In this document: positions 44,677 through 55,900 of the stretch, piece after piece | Layout: each line of letters opens with the position of its first letter | Position numbering within the stretch: position 1 is the stretch's first letter | Made by a program: the position numbers and the translations under genes | The notes under the pieces: generated by a model | What the model saw: only the letters and a program-made list of their open reading frames with translations | What the model was told of the DNA's origin: nothing | The model's database searches: none | Sequence record: OQ718158.1 | Length of the DNA: 64,000 nt | Reading direction: 5' to 3' (one strand)

Positions 44677-46965
44677 ATGAATCTTACCCAATTATTCAAA
44701 AAAAGCGACGAACTGGCAACTTCTCTGGGTCATACCTTCTTGACTATTGACCATCTAAGTGCTACAGTACTGACAATCGATAGCATCAAAGCAGTATTTG
44801 AAGATATGAACATCGATGCAGACAACCTACACGGTCGTTTGATTGCATATCTGAAGAATACAACATTCCCACATGCACCTAAAAGTGCTGATGGTGATGA
44901 AGCGAACCGCACATCACTTCTCGTGAACCGTGTAGTTCAGGAACTTTCTAAGAAATCAGTAATTGAGCAACTTAAACGTGATGATTTCTCAATTGATGCT
45001 TATTTTGTACTGTTTGAGTGTTTGTCCTTCCCAAATACTGCACTAGAAGCAGCATTGCGTGAAGAGGGTATCACTTGTACTGAAGCAGCACGAACTCTAC
45101 AGAAGCACGTAGAAGCAATCGACAACGGAATCAACCTTCAAAGCATTAGTGATGAGCCAACTGGGGAGAAAAAAGTGGCACAACAGCAACCATCGTCCAA
45201 ACAAAAAGGTTTAGAAGATTACACCACTAACCTAACCGCACTTGCAAAAGAAGGTAAACTTGACCCAATGATTGGTCGCCAGAAAGAGCTTTCTGCACTG
45301 ATTGAAACTCTGGCCCGTAAGACTAAGAAGAATGCCATCCTGACTGGTGAAGCTGGTGTTGGTAAAACTCAAATCATTGATGGTCTAGCACAGGCAATCG
45401 CTGATGGTGAAGTACCAGAGCATCTTAAAGATGTTGAAATTCTGTCTCTGAACGTAGGTGCACTGACGGCTGGTACTAAGTACCGTGGTGAGTTCGAAGA
45501 ACGTATCGATAACCTACTAAAAGAACTGAAGAAACGTGAAAACACTATTGTGTTCATCGATGAAATCCATATTATGGTTGGTGCTGGTTCAGCAAGCAAC
45601 GGTTCTATGGATATGAGCAACATGCTCAAACCTGCACTATCTCGTGGTGAGATTCGTGTAATCGGTGCAACAACTTACGATGAATATCGTAAAAACATCG
45701 AAAAAGATAGTGCACTAACTCGCCGTTTCATGAAAATTGATGTAGTTGAGCCAACAATTGATGAAACCCGTGCGATTGTGAATGGTTTGAAATCTACTTA
45801 TGAAACTTTCCATAACGTAGAGTTCAGTACTGAAGCAATGGATGCAGTTATTACACTAAGTGATAAGTTCCTGAAGAACAAACACTTCCCTGACAAAGCA
45901 ATCGACCTAATGGATGCGGCAGCAGCGAAAGTACGTTCTCGTGAAACTGATGATAACATCATCACTGTTGCACTGATTCAAGAAGTTGTTGCAGGTATCG
46001 CAAACCTAGATATTAACGTGGTTGCTTGCACTGAAAGTGAACGTATGCGTAATCTACCAGATGCACTGCGTTCTCGTGTATACGGTCAAGAAGAAGCAGT
46101 ACAGAAACTGGTTGATAACGTGATGGTAGCTCGTGCTGGTCTGCGTGATAAATCAAGTGTTCAAGGTGCATTCATGTTTGTTGGTCCATCTGGTACTGGT
46201 AAAACTGAAATTACCAAAGCACTGGCTGATGCAACTGGTTCTGAACTGATTCGTTTCGATATGTCCGAGTTTTCACAGGAACATACTGTTGCTAAACTGA
46301 TTGGTTCACCTCCAGGCTATGTTGGTCACGATTCTGGTAACGGTCTGCTACTCGACAAGATTGAGCAGTTCCCGAATGCAGTACTGTTGCTTGATGAAAT
46401 CGAAAAAGCTGATCGTAAAGTACTACTAACCTTCCTACAGGTTCTGGACGAAGGACGTTTGACTGGTTCACAAGGTAAAACTGTTTACTTCAATAACGTA
46501 ACTGTTATTATGACGACTAACCTTGGTGCAGCAGATTCAACCAAGCGTAGTATTGGGATGAGCGGTAGTGATACAGCACAAGATAAAGCTATTAAAGCAT
46601 TCTTGCCACCTGAATTCATCAACCGTATCGATAGTATTGTGACATTCAAAGACCTAAGCAGCGAAGCGATTGACAGCATCATTGATAAGTTCATGGGTAG
46701 TCTGAATGAACAAATCAAAGACCGCAAAGTTAAAGTTTCCCTGACTAAAGCGGCACGTGAGTGGTTGGCAACAAATGGTGTTAAAGTTGGGATGGGTGCA
46801 CGTCCAATGAAACGCACTATTGAGCAAAACATCCGTGTTCCACTAGCTAAAGAGATGTTGTGTGGTTCTCTAGTTAATGGTGGTAACGTGACGTTTGATG
46901 TGATTGATGGTAAATTGGCTATCAAACCTAAACGCACTAAAGCAGTAGAAAAAGTTATTGCGTAA
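44677..46965 (+). CDS. clpA: ClpA-type ATP-dependent Clp protease ATP-binding subunit
   Basis: Clp N-domain; GEAGVGKT, GTKYRGEFEER, FIDEIH; GPSGTGKT, LIGSPPGYVG, LLDEIEKA; no ClpB/C middle domain; KRSIGM loop. Confidence 0.93.
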   Translation: MNLTQLFKKSDELATSLGHTFLTIDHLSATVLTIDSIKAVFEDMNIDADNLHGRLIAYLKNTTFPHAPKSADGDEANRTSLLVNRVVQELSKKSVIEQLKRDDFSIDAYFVLFECLSFPNTALEAALREEGITCTEAARTLQKHVEAIDNGINLQSISDEPTGEKKVAQQQPSSKQKGLEDYTTNLTALAKEGKLDPMIGRQKELSALIETLARKTKKNAILTGEAGVGKTQIIDGLAQAIADGEVPEHLKDVEILSLNVGALTAGTKYRGEFEERIDNLLKELKKRENTIVFIDEIHIMVGAGSASNGSMDMSNMLKPALSRGEIRVIGATTYDEYRKNIEKDSALTRRFMKIDVVEPTIDETRAIVNGLKSTYETFHNVEFSTEAMDAVITLSDKFLKNKHFPDKAIDLMDAAAAKVRSRETDDNIITVALIQEVVAGIANLDINVVACTESERMRNLPDALRSRVYGQEEAVQKLVDNVMVARAGLRDKSSVQGAFMFVGPSGTGKTEITKALADATGSELIRFDMSEFSQEHTVAKLIGSPPGYVGHDSGNGLLLDKIEQFPNAVLLLDEIEKADRKVLLTFLQVLDEGRLTGSQGKTVYFNNVTVIMTTNLGAADSTKRSIGMSGSDTAQDKAIKAFLPPEFINRIDSIVTFKDLSSEAIDSIIDKFMGSLNEQIKDRKVKVSLTKAAREWLATNGVKVGMGARPMKRTIEQNIRVPLAKEMLCGSLVNGGNVTFDVIDGKLAIKPKRTKAVEKVIA

Positions 46966-46970
46966 AAAAG

Positions 46971-46997
46971 AAAAGGAGAGCATTTGCTCTCCTTTTT
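46971..46997. terminator. bidirectional terminator
   Basis: AAAAGGAGAGCA-TT-TGCTCTCCTTTTT. Confidence 0.88.
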
Positions 46998-46998
46998 G

Positions 46999-49900
46999 TT
47001 ATTTAACTTCTAATAGATTTTTAATGTCAGTACCACTTATTTGCAAACTATCGGAGTAAACAGATAGTTCGATTGGATAACTGTTAACACTATAACGTTT
47101 TAGTAAATTAACTTTACCTAAGTTCAAGCCATTAAATGAATATGTCACATTCTCTTTAAAGTCGTGTTCTGCACTATACATTACCCCACAGAGTAAGTTA
47201 TTTGCAAAACGTACTTCAACTTTTTCAAAACCAAGAGAAATAATATCATTCATACTTGCACCAGCACCAGATAGAACATTATTAGTAACACTATATGGAC
47301 TAACTGAATCTGGTTGTGAAACATAAGTAGTATTTTCTTCACTGATAGCAGTAATGTTAGTTACTGTTCCACCAACTACACCAATATATGTATCACTAAC
47401 TAGTGGATATGCATATTCCCATACCCCTTCAGCATTCAGTACTGGTTGAATAATACCAACATCATACTCGAACACGTTAATTTCCACACTATCAGTCATT
47501 TTGGTTCTCACTAACTCACTAAGAACACCTGCACCAGTAATTGGTAAGTTATATCCGTTATCAATGGTAACACCATCAACTTCAAATATCTCGTTAGACA
47601 CTACCCAAACATCAACGTCATCTGGTGTAATTCCATCATTATAAGAACCACCATATAGTGTTGTGTCGTAGAATACTTCATAGTTCATTGCGTCGATAGC
47701 ATAGTTTCTATTTGTTTCATACAACTTAACACCATCAACCAAGAATTCTGGATCAGAAAAGGTTCTAATACGAACGATGTTCAATGCTAGAGGTATTGCT
47801 GGTTCATTCTGTTGTTGTTTAGTGATGTTATCATAACGAAGTACAACTCCAGTACTATCTAGTAGTTCTACAGTTCCGTTCGCAGTGTTTCTTACTGTGT
47901 ACAAGGTTGGTGTGGTGTCAGTTTTGATTTTTGATACACTCAAGATGGTTTCCCATGCATTGTTTTGGTATCTCACGTAATCTTCACCATCAGTTGTGAA
48001 TATCATAACCTTATCACCATCAGATAGGGTATTGTCAATTACTTCAGCTTCTGTATCACTAACAATTGATTTTATTTTATAGAAGTATTTTTCATCATAC
48101 TTACTGTATGATTTACTAATATCATTTTCAATCTTAGCGTAAGAAGGAATACTAACAATTGCTTCTGTTGTTTTATAAGGGTTGATGATAACCATACCTT
48201 CAGTTTTATATCTACTATTGTCTCTCAATTGAACTAGTGAAACACTATTGAATCCATAACCATCAACTGTGAAGCGAATCTGACCAATCTTTCTTCCTGA
48301 TGGGTTAATATCAGAAATGTCGATTATGTACGGATCTACTTCGTCACCTTCAACTTCCCATTTTAACTCGGAAGTTTGTGATTCAAGTGCTAGGTTATCA
48401 AATGCATTCATATCATCGTAGTACTTAGCATCGGTGATGCTATCTAGGATGTGCTGATAATCACTGTACATTGGGTTATTTCTATCAAGAGGTAAGTCAT
48501 CAAGATTTATTTCTGCCAATTGAACTAGTTGACCGTCAGTTATGAATTTGTCTTCCATGAAATCATCAATGCTTTGGTCATCTGGGATACTCTCGTATAC
48601 ACCATTAACATTAACATAAACATATTTTCGTGGCATCATAGTAAATGCATGAATATCAATAGGCATTCTACTTAATATTTCTTCAGCCTTTTCATAATGG
48701 TCGGTAGCATCTTTGTCATACAAACCACGCATACCAGACAATACATGAATTGCGTCATTGTAGAATCGTTGATTTCCATCTTCATCTACATGGCGATATG
48801 AATAAACACCATATTCAACTTCAAGTATAATTCTAACTTCATCATCAGTTGCAGTAGTATTGTTTTCTTTAATTAAAGAAACATACTTTTTATACAACTC
48901 ACTACTAACTTCAAAGTAACCAAAGTTATAATCAGTACTGGATGCATAACCAAACGGTAGTCTGGTACTTGGATTATCATCATAGGTTAACCCACTAAAT
49001 CCACATCCAACCTCATCATGAATTACTTCATCATCTGCACCTGTGTACAATTTCAAACGGTTAGAGAGTGTGTTATACTGAACATAATGATTTACGTCAT
49101 TAAACATTTCATTTTGTGTTGATTCTTTATATACACGATTCAACGTTTCTGTGAATTCTGCGGTTGCTACCAAATCATCTGCATGGTCTGCATACCATTG
49201 GTTAACACCGTAAGCAATCCCTAGAGTTACGTTCAATTCTGGGTAATACAATTGCATCTGATAAGCAACCAATAGGTCGAAATCTTCATCACTGTATTCT
49301 GGGAATGTATATTTGTAACGTTGTAATTCAAAATTACTAACAACATCTTGTGCATTAGATTGATATTTCTTATTCACTTCTTCCAATACATCAACACTTG
49401 CCAAATTATCATTTGGTTTACATTGAGTGTTGTCGTAGTGCATGATAACATCAATTTCTTGGAAACGGCGATTAGGTGTTACGAAATCACTTGGCAATTC
49501 ACCAACTTGCTCCCAACGTTGAGTTACCTCATTGAATTGAGCATATTCATAATCCCAAATGTCTTTTTCCGTTTTAACCCAAGTCCCATCTGCAAATATA
49601 TAGCCATTAGGATCTAAATCATTACACAAACCTTTAATTAAATCATCATCTGAAGTTTTCTGTTCAATCTGGGAACGAATCTTAGTTCTATATGGTTTAA
49701 CTTCTTCAAAGTACTCAACGATTTGATTAATCAAGTTGTCGTTGGAATAGTTCTGTACTAATGATTGTTCTAAACCTACAATATAAATGTAAGATGTTTT
49801 GAATACCCAATCAACAACGCTTTGTTCTACGTGAACATACTTAACCATATCAAACACAATTTCACTCTGATGTAAGTCGAATGAGTTCTTCAATAAAGCT

Positions 49901-52900
49901 AGTGCTTTACGAACGTTAATCTCACGATTACTCAACGAACCATTAGCATCACGAACTGTATAGTCAGCGTATAACATATCATTCAATTCAACTGTACTAT
50001 TTTCACGACCAATTGCTTTCCAGTAAACTGAATCACGTGATTGTGCTTTAATGTACAATGTCCAGATGCCATCAACATCTGTAATTCTGATAATGTCACC
50101 AACTTGATAGTTCTTAGTGTTTGCATCTTCTAGGCTGGATTCTTGTGTATATGCAGTATTTTTATCGTAGCCAATATCATACCAATCTGCTAGTGACCAG
50201 TACTGGGTCATGTCCAATGAAGTTCCTAGTGCTTCAACATAGTCTGATTGTTTAATCATTTTCTGTTGACCTTCACCACGGTTTTCCAATGTAATGGTAA
50301 CCACACTACCAGCACTTGATGGACTATTCATTAGATGAATATAACCATTAGCATCAATATGCACAAAATATACAGAGCTAGTTGATAGTGGGTTAGGTAA
50401 TACACCACTAGTACTTACTAGTACTGCGTCGTTTTCTTTGAACTTGTCACTTTCAGGTGCAATGACTAATTCACTATTGTAAGTTAGTACACGATATGAT
50501 ACTTCATTCGGGTTAACTTCAGTAGTTTTAACATTAAACACTTCGTCCATTAGAACAGTGTTAGTTGTTATATTCTGTGAGCGATAATAGTTATTTGCAC
50601 TTTCTACAAAGTTTCTACGAGCTTCAATTACATCTTGGAACCAAGTCTTATTAGAACCTAAACCGTTTGGTACTAAAGGATATAGTAAATCAATAACAGT
50701 TCCTGATTCAGTAGTTTCTTGACCAATCATAGAATTCCACATAGAAGTCCAGATTGATGGATTGAAGTTATAGCTATCACCTTCTTTACATAATTGATAC
50801 TGGTCATGTTTAATAACTTCAGTATTATCCATGTAATAAGAAACAGTTAAAATACTTGTGTCATCGTTGACTTCAAATTGCATATTACTTAGAATGAACG
50901 AGCTTTCATTGATTGGTGCAAACCAAGGAATGTTAAGCTGTGCTGGTTCTTTAATAATACGAGCAATATCAGTACAAGATTTAGTTCTGGAATGCAATGG
51001 TGGTACATAGATTGTATCACGAACCCAGAAATAGTATTTTGTAACATAAGTATCAGTTGTGCTATCATATTCTAAGAACGTACTATAATTATCTTCCAAT
51101 GCGGTTCCGCTTGGTAGGTACATAGTGTTGTTTTTATTTTTGTTAGCAACGTCTTTGCAGTATTTGTCCCAGTTATATGGTTCAACTGGTGAACATACCC
51201 ATTCAAGAACATCAACAGTACTGTGCGGTAGCAATCTGCCCCAGTTATAACGTTTATATTCATTTGTTGCATCAACATCCACATTACCATCAGCATCATA
51301 GATTGCACGAGTGTAATCTAAGTAGAAAGCAGTGCTGGTGTTCCACCAAACCTGACCAACTTTATCAGCACCCCATGCTTGAATCAATTCACCATTGCTG
51401 TTGTATTGTGCTGGGTCAACTGGAGATGTGTAGGTAACGTTCTGCATCGCTGCACCAGGAATAACACCGTTGATTGGGTCAAACACGTTTAGGTACAACG
51501 CAGTAATGTTAGTACGCTCATCATATGTGGTTGGGCGGTCAAACAAAGTACTTTGTGGAGCTTTAAAACTATATTTTCTGTCAATGTATTCCTGACGCAT
51601 CTCTTCAGTACTGAATCGTGAAACATAACGATACAAGCGTGGGCGAGTATCAGGATCAGTGAAGTCAATAGTGATTGAAGTGTCAAACGGAACTACCATA
51701 ACTCTAGGGTCATTACCCGCAGTATAATATTGACTTTCTATAGTCAATGTATCTGGCATAAAGTTAGTTTCATCAACAAAGTAATAATAATCACCATCAT
51801 TTAGTGGGATATCATCACTTAGAGTTACTTTACAGAATTGTTCTGCATATACATCGGTATTTTCAATTGGAACGATAGAGAGCATCTCAACTTCAGTGTC
51901 TACTAGTTCGAAAATATTCCACAAATCATTACCATCTTTAAACATCCATACAGAATCTGGGATTTCACCACTGTTATTCATATAATTGATACGATCATTA
52001 TATGCAGTACTGAAATCTTTAGTAACGTATGAAATTTCATCTAGTGTTACAGGACCAATGTCTGGAAGTTGGATATTCTCACTTCTTCCACTACGCATTG
52101 GGAATGAAAACTTACCATTTGGACGAGTAATCCAGCGTGAGTCAACCCCTTGTTCACCGTAATAAACAATACCATTACCAGTACCATTTGATGTAGCATT
52201 AACATCAAACGAAACCATCTGTGGTTGTTGTTTAAATTGGTCATTGATTAGTTTAAATTGTAGATTTTTCTTACCATTGATATTACCATAAGTACCAATC
52301 TTAAATGCCCATTCCTGAAGTGCTTTATATTCATCAGTGTCGTAAGATTTAGAAACGCGTAGTACTTTTTCCATTACTTGGTTAGTACCTTTGTCATGAA
52401 TGAATCCTTTATAGAAATCAACACGACTAACATCACTACTAATCATACGTTGTAGATAATCACGAGTTTGATAGCCAATCAAGTGATTTGATAACTCTTG
52501 AAGCTGAACATCACTCACAGGAGTTTCACTATTATAATATAATTCAAAATCAGTTACTAATTTTTCAAATGATGGTAAAGTTCCTGCTTCTAGGATAATG
52601 AAACCAGGTGCTTGTAGGCGACCAGTCCATGACCCAGTAATGTAACCATACATTTTAATCAATTCTTGAATAGCACCATAAGTTGGTTGGTAAATGTAAT
52701 CACCAAAGATAGTTTTATCATCAAAAACAACTGCGTGTTCATATGAACTTAGGCTCAAACGAATCAACGCCATACGTTTTTGTGATTCAGTTGTAGTTCT
52801 CACTGTGAATACGTTACCGATACGCGAAGTTTCGATTTCATATTGACGGATACCTTGGTTTTCATCATCGAGTAGTGACCAAACACCACCACTATTCTGT

Positions 52901-55900
52901 GTAACAGATTGAACTGAACCAAAATCCGCACCAAATTTAGCATTAGCTGCACTTGGAGTACAGGAGATGAACTCACCAGTACTTAAATTATTCTGACTCC
53001 AAATAACAAAGTCTTTAGCAATAGTTGTCCAGTCTTGTTGAGTACCACTATCATTTACATCTTCAAAAATCCAGCCATGTTCTTTTAGATATTCACCATA
53101 TCCACAAATGAAAGTATAAACTTCTTGGTATGTATTGAATATTTTACCATATTCTAATGTACCTTCAGATTTCCATTCATTGTAATGAACAACAGTTCTG
53201 TCTTCCAATTTAAGAGTTACTTTTCTTCCATTTTTAACTGGAATTTTATATTTAAATTTAGCACCAACTAAATCATAACCATCAATTTGATATGCACTAC
53301 CATTCCAAGTAATTTTTACTGCACTCATTTGCTCATCGCGAATGTTATTAGAACGAACTAGACCGATAGTTTGGTTTTCTTGTGAAATCAAACCGAAAGA
53401 TTTAGCAGTGAATGTCAATTGGTCTGCTTTAGTAAAGCCACCAATTTTGTGAGCGACATTGACATAAGAAGAACGAACAACGTCACCGTATTTGGTGGTA
53501 ATGTTCTTATTCTGATACATCAAATAGTCACTAACAAACATTTGATAACCGATAGTACGGGTGTTTTTCTCACCATGTACTAATGTAGTACTGTCAAAGT
53601 TTAGACGCTTACGGGTTTCACCATAAAGGAACTGTGAACCATCAGTATAAACTGGTTTAAGGTTATCATTACGGGTATCCCAGTAATAGTTTGCAAACTG
53701 TGCTGGTTTTGCTTTGTATAGAAGAAGCATTTGGTCATAAGCAAACATCGCAGTGTTCATGTAAGTGAATTCCATGTCACCCATGTCACCATAAGACCAC
53801 GGTTCTGCACGATGATCTAAATTACCACTAACAAGACCTAAAACTTCAGGTGCAATATACTCAACTTCACAAATATCAATACCAGTACTGGTTTTCTCGC
53901 CAGTCTTAGTGATTTTAAATGGCTGTACACCGAAACGCTTGTATTTGTCATATTGACCACGGCGTTCACCTGACAAAATAGTACCAGTACTGCTATCACC
54001 GATAGTACCATCAATATCCCACAATCCACTTGGGACCAAATCACCATTTTCATTCATTACTAGTGCTTCATACACATAAACAACATCACCCTCACGTTCA
54101 CCAACTTGAACTGCGGTTGGTTCGTATTCTTGGTTCCACCAAGTAGGACGTTGAGAGAAGCCCATCATTTCCCACGGATGGGTTGCTGGACGATATGTGC
54201 CATATTGGTCAGTATAGATTGCACGCCATGAACCACGAGCAGGAATTTCAGTACGTTGACCATCAACAACATAATAACTACCAGTATAGTTCCAAGTTCT
54301 CCAGTTATTTGCATCATAATCATGAGTACTGTTACTAATGCCATTGGTTGCTGTGAAGTTAATGTAACCACGTAGTAATAGAGTTTTCTTTTCTTCTGCA
54401 CTATAATCAGTACCAGTGAAATATGGAGTTGGGAATAGGTCTTCACTGTTTAGTACTGGTTTATAATCAATATCCTTGAAAGTAAGATCAATACTATTAA
54501 AGATACGATTTTCCAATTCAAAAACTACGTCATCCATTTTATCAACACCATTGATAACACGGTATGCTTTTGAAATAATACCAGTATGACTGATATTATA
54601 ACAGCTAGATTTACTACCAGCAGTTAAGAATGTTGCTTTTTGTGGTGTATAAGCTTGCAAAATACCCAAGAACTGTGGAGTTGGTGGGACAAATGCACGA
54701 ATAAACCCAGCAGTGCTTGCAACGTTGTCATAGTAGAATGGGAATGTACTATCACGTCCCATATTAATAGCTGTTAGAATCGCATCTACGATGTTTGATG
54801 CACTATTACCAAGAAAAGCACTTGGGTCTTCTTCATACAAACGAAGCATTTGAGTGTTGAACTTGTTAATGAAGCGGAAGTATTCTGCTTGCATAAACAT
54901 GATTGATTCAAACAAATCAATATCTTCATTAGCGGTATGTGCCATTAGTGGTAACATGGACGCTTCGTTTTGAATAATTTTAGTGCCTACACCATTATTA
55001 ACCAAACCAGCAGCCAAACGTTCTTCGTAATTGTTAAAGTCATCAGCAGAACCAGATGTAATATTCTTTTGAATAATATCTTGGAAGTGCAGGGTGTAAT
55101 CACCTTGGTTGATGTATTCAATGTTTGAATTATATGGGTTATTTTGTAGATTAATTGGAACTTCATATGCACCCAACTCTTTATTAGGAGTGATAGTGCT
55201 ACTATAAGTTCTGATTTGTACAACAGAATCTTCATCCAAATCAACAGAGCTATCAATTGTAATACTTTGTACTTGATTATTAACTACAGTTTTTGTGTAT
55301 TCTTTTATTTCCACACCATCAACAACTAGTTCGATAATATCATCAGAATTATCTAGTACTTTTTGTGCCAATTCAAATGTATGATTGTACTTAACGCTTT
55401 GTACCCCATCACCAACGATAACATGCCAATCAAGATATGTTTCACGTTCTGCTTTGTAATATTGATAAGTTCTGTCAACTTCAATTACATAAGCATACAT
55501 TCCTTCAACTGGGTCTTTGAAACTTTCCATGTCATAAACAGTACTGAACACGCGGAACATTACTGTACGTTCAACCTGTGGAGTTTGTTTAACATATTGT
55601 TTGGAGTATTCAGTACTACGAACCCAATCAGTTTCTAGGTTCATTGTATTACCTTCACCAATTACGTTATAGTAATATAGTCCATCAATTTCAACTTCCA
55701 CACCCAAATGCTCGTAAGTATAACGAGTTGATTGTAGGAAATTCTCATATGTGTAATAATTGTAATCACCTAGTTCAATGTTATAACCATAAACGCTATC
55801 AGTTGCATAATTATAGTTAATTTTAAAACCAAATAGTGAAGAACCAGTAAAAGTACTTGATGGATAGGTAGTAGTGTTGTTTAGTTTAACACCATTACGG

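Noticed and set aside
45369-46937. Minus-strand ORFs inside clpA, and similar short overlapping ORFs in the sheath, vWA, giant baseplate, gp6 and gp5 genes
   Set aside because: Fully overlapped by well-supported genes; no independent signals.
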